Part shown: positions 36,624 to 49,931 of the stretch, piece after piece
Layout of the letters: every line of letters begins with the position of its first letter
How positions within the stretch are numbered: the stretch's first letter is position 1
Assembly (NCBI GenBank): GCA_052426225.1
Contig: JBNJNM010000021.1
Location: 3,224,001-3,288,000, forward strand
Length of the DNA: 64,000 nucleotides
Source of the DNA: Zancudomyces culisetae HAW-14-8
Lineage: Eukaryota > Fungi > Kickxellomycota
Direction of reading: 5' to 3'
The notes under the pieces: model-generated
Seen by the model: only the letters and a program-made list of their open reading frames with translations
The model's database searches: none
Told to the model about the DNA's origin: nothing
Made by a program: the position numbers and the translations under genes

Positions 36624-38556
36624 ATGTTCAGAGTTAGTACATTAAGGTTATCAACAAGGCTTCTGCAACGCACTAAAGTAGTCCCACTTAAGAGTGTCAG
36701 CCTTGCCTTGAGAGCAGGGTATGCTACCAGAAAAGTGGTAAGTGTCTTTATTGAAAGAGTATACCGTTGTTTCTATTGACAGTATTACTTGAAATATTTC
36801 TATTTAAGAACCTGTAAAACTGAACAGTTTTCGCACGTTCTGTTGATTGTATCAGACTCAATGCATTTGCTGTTTTTTGTTATTGAAGATTATTACTTGT
36901 CGAGTGAAAATGTAGCTTAACCTGACTCAATAATGCTAAATAGGAAGTGCTAGAAAAAATAGACACAAAAAGAAAGCAAGCTCATCTTGGTGGAGGGCAA
37001 GCAAGAATTGATGCACAACACAAAAGGGTAAGCAGACGCGATTTGCCACTAGAAACTCATAATACGTCTCTAGTGATATTCACTGTGGTGGTAACAATAT
37101 TAACATTAATTTTTAATTTCAATAGGGAAAACTGACAGCCAGAGAGAGAATAGAGCTTTTGCTGGATCCAAATTCATTTAGAGAGTATGATGCATTTGTA
37201 GAACACCAATGCGTAGATTTTGGGATGGAGAAAAACAAAATTACTGGGGATGGAGTTGTAACAGGAGTAGGTAAAATTAACGGACGAATTGTATATGTAT
37301 TCTCACAGGATTTTACAGCGTTCGGAGGTAGTTTGTCCAAGACATTTGCACAAAAGATCTGCAAAGTGATGGACAAGGCCATGCTAGTTGGTGCGCCAGT
37401 AATTGGATTGAACGATTCGGGCGGTGCCAGAATCCAGGAGGGTGTGGATTCACTTGCAGGCTACGCTGAGATTTTCCAACGCAACGTGACCGCCTCAGGG
37501 GTTGTCCCACAGATTTCAGTGATTATGGGTCCGTGCGCAGGAGGAGCTGTGTACAGCCCTGCACTGACCGACTTTGTGTTTATGGTTCGTGACACATCTT
37601 ACTTGTTTGTTACCGGTCCAGAGGTTGTAAAGACTGTTACCAAAGAAACAGTGACGCAGGAGGAGTTGGGTGGTGCAAAGGTACACACCTCCAAGTCAGG
37701 AGTGGCACATGATGCGTTTGATAACGATGTTGTTGCGCTTTCGCGACTTCGTGAATTTATGAGCTATCTTCCACAGAGCAACAAAGAAAACCCACCCCGT
37801 GCATACACAGCCGACCCAGCTGATCGCGCAGATGAGGCACTTGAGACCATTGTACCCCTGGACTCAACCAAGGCATATGACATGAAGGCTGTGGTTAGGA
37901 GAGTGGTTGATGAAGGCAAGTTCTTTGAAATTATGCCTGACTACGCAAAGAACATTGTAGTTGGATTTTCACGAGTTGATGGCCGCACTGTTGGGGTTGT
38001 GGGCAACCAGCCACTCGTATCCTCAGGTGTATTGGACATCAACGCATCCATGAAAGCTGCACGATTTGTACGATTCTGTGATGCCTTCAACATTCCAATT
38101 GTCACATTTGTGGATGTACCAGGATTTTTGCCTGGCACACAGCAAGAACACAACGGTATCATCCGCGAGGGTGCCAAGCTGCTATACGCATATGCTGAAT
38201 GTACAGTACCCAAAATCACTGTTATTACCCGTAAAGCATACGGTGGTGCGTACGACGTCATGAGCAGCAAGCATTTGCGGGGTGACATCAACTATGCCTG
38301 GCCAACAGCCGAAATCGCCGTCATGGGTGCCAAGGGTGCCGTTGAGATTATTTTCCGCAAGGAAGCAGACCGCTCAAATGCGGAGGCAGACTACGTCGAT
38401 AAGTTCGCCAACCCGTTGCCAGCTGCTCAACGCGGATTTTTGGACGATATTATCACACCCTCGTCGACCAGACAGCGAATCGCAGAGGATTTGGAAATCC
38501 TGGAGAAAAAATCACTGAAAAACCCATGGAAGAAGCATAGCAACATGCCATTATAA
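36624..38556 (+). CDS. PCCB: Propionyl-CoA carboxylase beta chain (carboxyltransferase), mitochondrial. Exons 36624-36737, 36944-37027, 37126-38556
   Basis: [87 protein letters not shown]. Exon 1 encodes the presequence [16 protein letters not shown]. Confidence 0.95.
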
Positions 38557-38909
38557 AACAAGCAGATATTTAATGCGTTTTTTGTTGACATTAAGGGCTT
38601 GTCTTTTCTTATTCTTTTTTCGCATACTTCCTCTTGAAATAAAATAATCTAGTTATTGCCGCACCAAATTACCTTTCCAAGTATGCCTTTATTTAAGAGG
38701 AAAGGAGGGATTAGATTTGTATTTAATTAAAACTACAATGTACTCAGTTATCTTTTTGAATACGTTTTTTAATTGAAAAAAAACTAATAAGAGCATATGA
38801 AGAAAAAATAACACCAAAAACAAATATAAAAAAGCAAACCACGCACTTTGCCCACCCACCTCCCTCTCTTTCTCTTTCTCCTTTCCTTTTCCTCCGCCTC
38901 TGGTTATAA

Positions 38910-41779
38910 CTAGTTGTGCTTATCCCAAGGTGGAGTAATGGGAACAGTAGTCGGCCTATCTGATGGTTTTATTACAAGAGGATTGGTATAGTCAGGAACC
39001 GGCAATGGCTTGTGCACAATCGCTGCTCTCAATCTGGCAATGTTTAGGCGTTCGTTCTCTAATCGGGCTTGCCGCTCGCGCTCCAGCTGCAACTCCTGTT
39101 CGGTCTGCCGCTTGTTGAACGCCTCGTTCCAAAGGTTCCGTTGCTGAGTACGTGCCTCAGTGTTTAAGTGAATGTCTAAAGTCTCTGTCAATGGCCTTGC
39201 TCTTGTCTCTGAATTTACATGCAGGCCATTGGTGTCAGTCGGCTGGTGGTAAAAATACGTAGATTCGGGAACCGGATTGGCCTTGAACTGCATTCTTGCC
39301 CTCCGTAGCTGCTCCAGCTTCTCTTGTTTCTCTGCCAATCGTCTCTGGTACTCCATACCCCGCTGATCCACAAGCAATCTAAATGGCTCTGGTTCTACGG
39401 ATGGCCTTACAGCTTTTGGCGGAAGTTTTGGAGTCGAAAACACCGGCATCGGCTGAGCCGTAAAGTGCCTCAGCTTTTGTTCCTTTTCTCTAGCCGCATT
39501 TATATACTCGCGAAGCCTGGACAGTTTTCGTTCGGCTATCTTGTCAGTTTCGAATATGAATGGCTCGGCTATGGTCAGCAGTTCCTTTTCTCGTGGCACT
39601 TTAGTTTTGGTGGGTTTTTTGCTCCTCAACTTAGTTTTTTCATTTGAAAGCTGATTTGGTGTTGTTTTAGACTTCAAATATCGAGGTTCAGATATATTAA
39701 AATCTTTAATAATTTTGTTTTCTACCATTGACCGAAGCTTTGAGTTACTAATTCGTCTGCTACTACCATTCCTAATGTGATGCATCTCTATTCGCCTGTC
39801 TGTTTCGAAACTGAGTGTCATCGGCTTTGTAAGCTATACATTTGGTACAGGTTTTGTATTGGTAGATTGTTACTTTATATTTTTAATTATGATACTAACA
39901 AACAACATCTCTCTCAGCAAATTAAAAAAAAAAGAACAAGTTATGATAAACTCATTTACCTTTACAGTGATGTCCCCAGTATTAAAAAGAGGTCTATTTA
40001 TCAACCTTGGTCCATCGACACCATACAAATATGGTCTTTCCTGCTCCTCGTGATTCTCTTCCTTGTCCAGTTTTTGTTTCTTTTTGCCACGCTCTACTCC
40101 ACCTTTTTCAACCACCTCATCATCTTGACTAAAGTGTTCAGCATCTCTCTCCTCGCATTCATCTTGCTGCTCCCTCTCTAGGTCTTCTTTAGCCTTTCGC
40201 TTACGCTCCTGTTTATTTTTCTCAATGGAGTTTTGAACCTTTTTAAGCATTTCATTTTGAAACTCTCTCACTTGTTCTCTTCGCTGCTGCAGATCTAACT
40301 TGAATTTTTCAATATCTTTTACATCTATAAACATTTCATCATCTTCCTCCTCTACCGCATCTTTCTCTTCCGCATCGTCCTCATCGTCCTCTTCTTGCTC
40401 ATTTTTTCCTCCACATTCATCAAAACCATCCTTACGTCCTTGTTCTTCTACAAAGTCCTCTACTTTATTTACGTTTTCTTTCGCGTCATGAATTTCATAG
40501 TCTTTATCAATACCCTTGTCTGAGTGGCTGAATTCGAGTAGTGTGTACTCGTTAGGTTGTGATATCTTGTTTGGAGTAACTTCCTCAGTTTCAAGTTGTA
40601 CTGTTTGCTCTTGAGGCAGACTTGATATTTGACACGTATATTGCTCCATTTCTCTAGCTATATCATCGTTTGCCTCAACTCCAGTCACATCAAAGTTACT
40701 GGGATTATAATTCCCATCCTCTTTTCCATACTTTATTGCGTCCAGTATATCTATATTTTCGCTTCCTACACTTTCTATAATAGCTTGCTCTCTTTTATCG
40801 CTGTTCATTCCGTCACTGATCTCTGTGGTCTCGGGAAGCTCAGGAGTTTCAGTGGTAGACCAACCAACTTTTTTCCTCTTGTTTTCATAAGCACTACTAT
40901 CATGTGCTTGCTTCATACTGCTTTTTATGCCTCCAAATGTTTTGGCTCTCTCAAAATCATCGTGACTCTCACTAGCAAGGACATTTACATCGCTTTCCGC
41001 CGCATTATTTAACTCTATCGAGGCTATGTTGTGCGTATTTTGTTTGAATTTATCTTTCGATTCATAGTTATCTTCATTTAGTGCAAACTGCGGCTTTTTA
41101 TTTTGTTTGTCTACACCCAGAAACATTCGTTTTTTTTCGGCACTCCATTCTTGTAACTCAAAAGTAATTCTCCTATTGACTTTTGGTGAAACAAAGTCTG
41201 TAGCAGTACTACCACCAGCCCCAGTACCGACATTTCGACCACCTACACTATTTCTATTTATATTTCTATTATTATTTCTATTTATACTTCTGTTACCAGC
41301 ACTCTGTTTGCTTTGGCCACTAAAGGATTCGTTGCTTTGATCATGCTCTGGGATCAGTAGCGTTGATTTTTCCTTTGGAAACGGTGTTACATTATATCTC
41401 TTTTTATAGTGGTGGCCGCTTTTACCTCCCGCTTCGCCAGCGCTTTGAATGTCTGGACTAATGAAACTTGGATACACGCTGTATTTGCTACTACTGTTGC
41501 TGTTGCTTCCCTCGTTTATTTTTCGAGTGTTTTTTGGTGTTATTCTGTTCAGAGCTACAGGTAATGCAAGCGCTTTTTAATATTTATTTATTTATTTATC
41601 CATCAATACTGATTCTACATGTCAAACTAAATGTAATACTAACCTTGCCAATCATCAACGCCCGGTCCTGGAGTCTTTGATAAATCATAGATTCTAGGCG
41701 CGTTGAATTCGAATATCGATTCTATATTAGGATTTTCGTATCCATGATTTCCATTTTTTTGAATCCTACTCTTCTCCAT
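38910..41779 (-). CDS. TPX2: TPX2-like spindle assembly factor. Exons 41779-41644, 41554-39960, 39833-38910
   Basis: Two track ORFs plus a hidden exon 1 join in frame. Repeats LT.(P/A).PF.F.TD, FTAQPMP and FKANPVP; C-terminal LR..IVHKPLPVP..IKPSDRPTTVPITP; N-terminal FEFNAPRIYDL...VDDW. Confidence 0.85.
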
Positions 41780-42528
41780 ACTTTATTCGCCAGTTTTTTA
41801 TCCTTTTGTTATATTTCTTTTACACTTGCACTTGTATTTTCATTTCAGAAAGTAGGCATAATCGTTATAAATAATAAAGATACTTCCTGTTAAATATCTT
41901 AAAGTTCGACTGTCTTTTAATCTCTCGATCTCTTTGAAGTTACTTCTTGACTTTCTCCACTTATATAATACACCTTGGCTGGTTAAACTACTGAGGTGGA
42001 CTTTAACAATGATTATTTAGACTTTAAATTACTTTGATTCAGACATATTTTGTTTTGAGTCTTTTAACTTTTGGTATTCTAATTTTCTGGCAGTAAAAAA
42101 ACAATGAACAATCAAGATTGGGTGGGCTAATCACATACCCATTTGCTGTCTTTGTTTACCATTTTTCAAGCTATTTTTGTGCTGCCACACAAACGTTTCC
42201 AGGGTGCAATTTGGTTGGCAGCTTTGGGTACTTTGTTCCAGAGGTAAACAACTGGAAGTAACGGAAAACACGTGATACAAATGTAGTTCTTTTTTATGGG
42301 CTTTTTTATTTTTTTTTGTAGGATGGGAAAGTGGGAAACATTACTTAGACCAAGAGGCGTACTAATACATTCGAAACAGGTCAAGTATGTCGGATGATTA
42401 CACACTGACTACTAGGGTCAGAGTGTAATAGTGAAATAAGTATGCAAGCGAGTGGGTGAATGGGGAGAGTGTGTAAAAAAAAAGGTATGCATCAACAGAT
42501 CGGAAAGAACTGCTGAAAATAATACACT

Positions 42529-42530
<2 letters not shown>

Positions 42531-42561
<31 letters not shown>
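42531..42561. repeat. Poly-A/T tract (~31 nt) just 3' of DHH1
   Basis: Homopolymer seen directly. Confidence 0.8.
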
Positions 42562-42563
<2 letters not shown>

Positions 42564-42588
42564 GGGGGAGGGGCAAGAAAAAAAGGGA

Positions 42589-44100
42589 CTAGGGTGTTGG
42601 TTTCTTGTTGGACCGATAGTACCTATTGCGGTGAGGTTGAGAATAAGATGAAGTTGAGTGGTAGCCAGGAGGGGCATTTTCAGGGTTTTGGCTGGGGTGG
42701 GCAGGTCTGTAGGAATTTCCATCACGCATGCCAGGTGGGCCGTTGGTATAACGGGGATTGGATTGATGCGGGTTGTGGCGGCGGGGCTGATATTGGACTG
42801 GAGGGTTGGACTGGGGGTTTTTGAGGGGTTTTTGGGGAGCATCTTGGCTGTCGCTGGGGGCAACGTAGAGGCGCTTGTCAATGACAGCAGGAATAGGAAG
42901 AATTTCAGTGCCCAACTCTTGTTCGATCCTATAAAGATTAAATCTGTCTTCATAGGTGACAAGGTTAATAGCCAATCCCAAGTGGCCAAAACGACCAGAT
43001 CGACCGATTCTGTGGAGATAAGTTTCGGCGTTCTTGGGGAAATCAAAGTTTATCACAACATTTACAGCCTGAATGTCAATTCCTCTGGTCAGTAAATCAG
43101 AGCACACAAGGTTTCTACATGCACCGTTGCGGAAGTCATGAAAAACACGGTTTCGATGCTGTTGTAACATCTTTGCGTGCGAGTAGAAGCATGAATACCC
43201 GAGTTCGGTGATTTTGCGGGCCAAAAGCTCGACCCGATTGGTTGAATTGCAAAAAATAATAGACTGGTTTATATGCAGCTTGGAAAACAATGTATTCAGG
43301 CAGTGAACTTTTTGCTTTTCTTCAACAAAAGCATAGTACTGAGTAATTCCTTTGAGCGTTAACTCATCCATCAAGTTGATTTCATATGGCTTAACCATAA
43401 ATTTGTCTTTAAACTCCTTAACCATCAGCGGGAATGTTGCTGAGTACAAGAGAATTTGCCTTTTAGCTTGGAAGTGCGCCAAAAGCTTCTCAATTACTGG
43501 CGTAAATTCCTGGCTGAGCAGTTTATCCGCTTCATCCATTATAAACATCTCTGCTGTCTTCAGATTAACTACGCCCTTGTCTGCCAAATCAAGCACCCGT
43601 CCTGGTGTGCCTACAAGCACATGCACTGTCTCTGATAACCTCATAATATCGTCCTTTAGTGTTGTTCCTCCTGTGGTAACCATCACATTAATTTGCATAT
43701 GTTTTCCAAGTGTTTTGCATACTTGCGACGTCTGTAGTGCCAGTTCTCTTGTTGGCACCAATATCAAACTCTGCACATGTGTGTTTGCAGTATTGATTCT
43801 CTCTAACATTGGTATAATAAATGCTGCTGTCTTTCCTGTCCCGTTCTTTGCTCTTGCCAAAATATCTCTTCCTGTTAGTGCTATTGGTATAGACTCCTCT
43901 TGGATTGGCGAAGGCTTCTCAAAACCCGCCTCAAATATTCCCATCAACAATTCTCTCTTTAAATAGTAGTCTTCAAATTCATTCCCCTTAGTTGCTGTTA
44001 CATCCTCTGTTTGAAATCGCAAATCCTTTTCTGGAACCTTTAGGCTTTGTTTCCATTCCTGCTCTCCTTCCCCAACTGTTCTTGTCTTTGTGCTTGCCAT
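42589..44100 (-). CDS. DHH1: ATP-dependent DEAD-box RNA helicase DHH1/DDX6
   Basis: [56 protein letters not shown]; P/N/H-rich tail. Confidence 0.98.
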   Translation of the reverse strand: MASTKTRTVGEGEQEWKQSLKVPEKDLRFQTEDVTATKGNEFEDYYLKRELLMGIFEAGFEKPSPIQEESIPIALTGRDILARAKNGTGKTAAFIIPMLERINTANTHVQSLILVPTRELALQTSQVCKTLGKHMQINVMVTTGGTTLKDDIMRLSETVHVLVGTPGRVLDLADKGVVNLKTAEMFIMDEADKLLSQEFTPVIEKLLAHFQAKRQILLYSATFPLMVKEFKDKFMVKPYEINLMDELTLKGITQYYAFVEEKQKVHCLNTLFSKLHINQSIIFCNSTNRVELLARKITELGYSCFYSHAKMLQQHRNRVFHDFRNGACRNLVCSDLLTRGIDIQAVNVVINFDFPKNAETYLHRIGRSGRFGHLGLAINLVTYEDRFNLYRIEQELGTEILPIPAVIDKRLYVAPSDSQDAPQKPLKNPQSNPPVQYQPRRHNPHQSNPRYTNGPPGMRDGNSYRPAHPSQNPENAPPGYHSTSSYSQPHRNRYYRSNKKPTP

Positions 44101-46742
44101 TTTATATTGTACTTTTATTTTTCAATCTTTGTCTTAATTACAAGTATTCTTTTTTCTCGATGGTATGTTCTATGTTTACCGGTTTTTTATCATAACTTTG
44201 CTCTTGTCTCCTTTATTCCACAAATAGTGTTGGGTTTTTTTCTTGTCTTCTCCTAATCTTTCGGATATTCGTACTTAATATTTTGCTCTTAATCTCGCTA
44301 TGCCTATTTTACTTTCCAAATCTTTTACTCAAAGTAAAATCAAAGAAAATTCTTTCTTGTACCCTGTTAGCTGGAGCAGTCGTCGCCTTTTCTCAATTTT
44401 ATTATCTAGTTCTCCTCAATCCAAATCTCGCTGCTCAGGACGAAATATTTACGTGATTCTGTGATATTTTGCCAATATTCTATAATCTATGAACAAGATG
44501 TGTTTGAATGTAATCTTTTTGCTCGCCTATTTTTATTTCGTTCTGTGTCTAAACTTTTCCTAGTTTTTGGTTTTTCTTGGTGATTAGAAGTTTCCTTCCT
44601 TATCTTTGTTATTTTTTATTCACTTTAACGTCGCTATTAGTGTATACGTTTTTTCTTAAATCTTAAAGATAATTTTATTTTGCTTTTCAAAAAAAAAACA
44701 TTTTTTAAACCTAAATAAAATTATTTAATATGTTGTCATACCTCATTTTTGCTCAAATTGCAGCAAAAAGAGTATAAAACAAAAAATTGCAAATGCCCTC
44801 CGCTTCTCCACCAATAGACGCAAAAGGATTCTCATTATTCTCTATACCCCCTTCCCTTTCATCTTCATTTTTATTTTTCTTTGATATTATTTGCTGGATT
44901 ATTTATTTTTTGCTTTTTTTTTGTAATTTTTTCAATTCCAAAAATGATAAATTCGTAAGCTTAAGAAATAAAGATACTATTAAAGTAAGCCAAATGGAGA
45001 TTCAAAAATGAAAGTTAAATTGTTTATAAAAAAGAATAGGCACAAAATAGAGGGAGGGTTGTAACGTAGGGGTTGCATCTTGGGAGAATGGCAAATCTGT
45101 TAAAGTTAATATTCTTTTTTACAATGAGGGGGGGGTGGATTATTTTTTATTCTTATTCGTTTTCGCAAAATAGGGGTGCATTTGCAAAACACACAAAATT
45201 GCCAGTGAACAAGAACCACATATGTCTGTCGAATTATTTTACCACTCTTTTCATCTGCACTCATAAAATCATGCTGATTTTCACGAATTTACATTGCCTT
45301 TGAAAATACCGCTTTTTTTGTCGTCTTTTGTCCGTTTTTCCAATTTGCTTGGTAAAATTTTTTCACTAGATGGAATTTAACCAAACAAATTCATCGTCAT
45401 TATTAATCTCCACTATTAATTGCGCTTTTCACTTTTTTACGAACCTTGTTTATTCATTATTTACTCTTTTTGAAATATGTTGTATGATTATTTTTTTTGA
45501 CCTGCCATTCGGTATTCTCGAGAATTTGTGGAATTGCTATTATATTCGTGTTTGAGACATCAACCTCACTCATTTATTTTTCCATTCTGTTGAAGTGGTG
45601 GGGAGAAATTATGTCAAATGTAGGTAGCTCCCCCAAAAATGTTATCTCACTCAAACTCCAAGCATACTCCTCGCCCTCTCCTCTCTTCTTGCTTGGGGGG
45701 GGGGGGGGGGGGTTAAACTGACAATTGGTTGAGGAGTGATGTCACTCCGTAAATAATATTGCTTGTCTGTAGCTTTGCAGGCGAATCTTTTTTGCTGTAG
45801 GTTGTTATTGACTTAATCTGCTCAACATAGATCAGAGCATAGAGTGCCATTTGCCTCTTATGTGTACATACTCCTCCCCCTCACCCCACCTTTTCTTTTG
45901 CCTTTGTTTTTTCTTGCTACCAGAATGGAACGCGTCTCAAGGAAAGGTTTCCTTTCACAAAGCCATGCTATATCAGCGCTGTCGTATCTGAAAAAAATAA
46001 ACTTTATCCAACACACATTCCGTCTAAAACATACAAGTTATCCAAATTCAAATAAAAATAAAACACAATAGTCTCCTCTAGTAAACTGATTCCATATAAA
46101 CACATAATCTACTTGATGTTGATTATCTTTTGTCACTTTTTTCGAAGCGTGAGATGGTACCCACCCGCTCATACTGTACATCGTCTCTCCTCTTTCAAAT
46201 AAAATAGAATATATATCATTTATGGGTCAAGAATTTGTAGTTGCTTTTTATTTTATTATCATCATTAGCCACTTTAGCAATTTAAGCACACTACTGGGTT
46301 ATCTTCTACAGCTTTATCTGTTGTTAAATTACAAAACCAAAACCTTTTTTTACAAAAAAAATATATAAAAAAAATATATATATATATGTATATAATTTAC
46401 ATATGAATACTATGTAAAAGCATCATCTTTGTTCATTCTAAAAACACTTGTAAAATATTACTGATTCGATCACACCCTGCTTAATATTGAGCTCTGGCAC
46501 ACTACCTCGCTCCTAATCGCAAGAACATCAGAGAACGTTCACAACCTAATAACCATCCATTTGTTGTATTTCATTTTTTAGTCTTTTTTATTCGGGTTTT
46601 GTTTCTAATAACTTTGATACTGCCTAATGAACAAACCATTTTTTTGTATTTAAAGGTAATGTATAACTCGAATAACACAAGCACACATTCAAACACATAC
46701 TCATAAAGAGTACTTTTAAGCTATTAACTCAGCTAGTTCTAT

Positions 46743-47423
46743 TCAAATAATGTTGTGGTATAAAAGGAAACCTATTAGCGAAAACATGGCAAATTTGTAC
46801 ATTTCAACGGCTGTCGCTGAGCTCAGGCTGGTTGTTTCAGTATTTCCAGTATTGGAACTACTGCTATCGTTAGAAGTACTCGCAGCGACACTTGAGGTGG
46901 TTTTCGTATTTGTTATGTTGACATCCTGTGTAATATCAGTCGCTGTTATATTTGTAGAGTGTGTATCAGTACCTGTAGCTGTTGAGGTGCGATTTTCTTG
47001 ATCTAAAACTGCTGTTGTGGTTGCCATTATTGGGACAGGGCTTATAGACAATGAAGTGCTTCTCGACTCCTGTCTTTTCTTCTTTTCACGCTTTTTGCTA
47101 GCCTTTGCGTTAACATCATCAACCTCACCATTTTCATTCAAAATTGCACTTCCCCCCGCTAACGTGAATGCGTTATTTATACAAGATGCCTTACACGCAT
47201 TACGCGATATCGTTTCAGTATCCACCTCATCGCATACTCGTACACACAAGTTTGTTGTTCCAGATATGTTGTATGGAGGCTTTTCAACGTTAAAACATTT
47301 TGCTACACAGCCTGTTTTAGTAAAATCGTTTTCACATTTATCCTTTAAACAGTTAAGCCCACTTGATAGGGTTATAGCTGATGATACAATATCGGCTAGT
47401 GCCAATACCAATAAGTATTTCAT
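46743..47423 (-). CDS. Secreted 8-Cys, Ser/Thr-rich putative GPI cell-surface protein (paralog A)
   Basis: Signal peptide, Cx4Cx8Cx3Cx16Cx3Cx12Cx3C, S/T stalk, SSA plus hydrophobic tail. Confidence 0.85.
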   Translation of the reverse strand: MKYLLVLALADIVSSAITLSSGLNCLKDKCENDFTKTGCVAKCFNVEKPPYNISGTTNLCVRVCDEVDTETISRNACKASCINNAFTLAGGSAILNENGEVDDVNAKASKKREKKKRQESRSTSLSISPVPIMATTTAVLDQENRTSTATGTDTHSTNITATDITQDVNITNTKTTSSVAASTSNDSSSSNTGNTETTSLSSATAVEMYKFAMFSLIGFLLYHNII

Positions 47424-49931
47424 TTTTTCTTCTTTCTTAACAGATACTTTTTTGTGATCTTCTATTAATGTCGTGGTTGTAAATACGGTTATTATTATTT
47501 GTATGACTTTGAAGGGAAATTCTCAAAAGTCGACCTCTCAAAGAACAAATTTTACGCTTGGAGGTTTAAATTATATATATACACCTACACTTATACATAT
47601 ACATATATATACGCTAATTCAGGTATAAATATACATGTAATCGATAAAAGAAGTGAAGAGAAAACAAGTCTCATATGCGCCAGTAGCAGGTGATCATCCC
47701 CGGTTTGTATAATTTAGCAGCATCGCTATATTAATCTTTCTTTTTTGTTTTGGTTGTATTTTTAACTAGCGTTCGTGTATATTACAAATAAATACTTAAA
47801 TCAGCAAAACCAATTATGACATTTTATGTTTTGCCTAGGATAGCTAACACTGACAGTTACTTGTAGAGACTTTTTTAAGTTGCAGGCCAATCCCTGTATA
47901 TATATAAATATATTCAGCACACCAATCAATTTCGCTAACTATGTTTGAGTAGTATACAAAGCCAATAGGTTTAATTTTGCTGGTCAAAATAACACCCAGT
48001 AAAAGTTGTGTTAGAAACAGATACTAACTATAGTATGTTTCTCTTTTTTGATACAGATGGTCAGAGGCATGTTCATACGAATAGTATGGCCAACAGCGCC
48101 AATGTGGTATGGATGGTTAGAAATATTTTATTGAAAGCCGGCTAATAGGTATTACAAAACTTTTGTGTGCTTGATCTTAACCTCACCAAATACGACAAAA
48201 ACAAGTATTTTTGGTATCAACGAAAGCAAAAGTAAAAGTAAAAAAGTAAATTGCAGTGGTACCTAGGGTAACTATTTTGTACAGCTTGGTGATTAAAGGA
48301 AAAAGACGAAATATGTTTATATTTCACAGTAATATTTGTGAAAAAAGTATAAACACATAAACGCACCCGTATAGCAGGCAGTTAATCCTGCTATCCCTCC
48401 TTATAGTTACCAGATTAGGCTTAGGAAGAAAAGGGGGAGGGAACAAGAGACATTGATGTTTATTTTTTTTGAACGCCTTTAATTGTCAATCCATCATTTT
48501 TTTTTAGCTGGATATATTCTTGGACCCGATAGTTGTTCAAATAATGGATGTTTTATTATTTGACAAATTCCGTAGATCGCAAATAATGGTGTATCTAAAA
48601 AACGTTTTGCCTATCAGTCCTTAGTTATTCCTTACATGCTAGAAACGAACCAGGAGCTGAGAAAACAAAATAAATATGTTGAGTAGATCGTGTGTCGCGG
48701 TGTGAAATGATTTGGATGCAAAAAAATAAGATGTCTCTGAAAGTGTAGTTAGGGAACGATGACCAAGAGATCAGTAAGATCATCTCGGTTTTCACGTTAT
48801 AACCTCCAGAATTCTTTGAGCAAATATAAAAATAGAGGCACACAGCATGCGTCATTTCCTCTCTTCATCCTCTGTACTGATAGTTTGTAATAATAAAAAA
48901 ACACAAACCATCTGGCCTGCATATATACTTCTCTTTTATGTATGATACACTACTTTAATCGCAGTTATACTTTTAAGGTGGAGTGAATTTTTTCGCAACA
49001 ATTTTATTTTTGTTACAAATTGGTTAACTTGACTAAGCTAGGATACATTGGAACCCAATTCTCAACTATAAAAAAAGATTCGGCATTTTATAACAAATGC
49101 TGGCCATATTCATTTTGATTGAAGCTTTGGTAATGCAGCAAGCATCTATGAAAGAGTTGGAAACTCGAATATAAATAAACTGTTAGTTTTTAGAGTTATC
49201 AGCTGATAGCTTGAAGCTATATAAAGCTGTGTGTATTTTTTGGATGATTTAATATCAAAGTTGTACAAAAACGTAAAGTTAGCAATATCTCAAAATCTGA
49301 GTCCCGGATGGCTTTAAGGGTTTTACGTTGATTGGATTTTTTTGGTACTCTTTCTTTTTGTTCAAGTCCAAGCGCGTATTTTTGCTGAAATTTTACAGTT
49401 TTTCGTTTAAAACAATTTACGAATTTGGTGCAAATAAAGCCAGGATTGGAAGAAAACAGAAAATTACTGGCTTGTAAAGCATAATACCTTTTAACTATTG
49501 TATATGATTTGAAATCAATGCTACAATTCCTTCTAAATTACATAGTTCAAAACAACCATCATCACCAAAATACCCTCTTCAACACAGATTTAGATGTTCA
49601 CAGCCCATCCCAAAAGACGCAAAAAAAATTACAAGTTCATTATCAACTAAAGAAATGTAACATATTGGGGAAGTAACCTGATAGAGTGTATACTGTCACA
49701 TACCGAAGAATACTCGGCGTTTCAAGAAAGCGAATATGCTTGAATGAAGCAGGCTTTTTGTCAAACATAATATGAACATTGATCTGCGACACCATTCATT
49801 ATAGCACAAATGCAGTAGTGAAAACAAGGCCACTTCTAAACAAGGCGTTCTATTAGTTAACACGATTAGTTTTTTAAAGTTTTATACAGGTTTAAAGTAC
49901 TAGCTGCTTTGCACCAATAAGGACATATACT

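Noticed and set aside
31277-38556. Methylcrotonyl-CoA or acetyl-CoA carboxylase
   Set aside because: The beta chain has PCCB-type motifs ([31 protein letters not shown]) and the alpha chain has the PCCA-type GWA.E.RVYAEDP..LPSIG segment.
28594-38556. ALDH7A1 as a third member of a propionate cluster
   Set aside because: ALDH7A1 acts in lysine and aldehyde metabolism and is not the methylmalonate-semialdehyde dehydrogenase (ALDH6); adjacency alone is insufficient.
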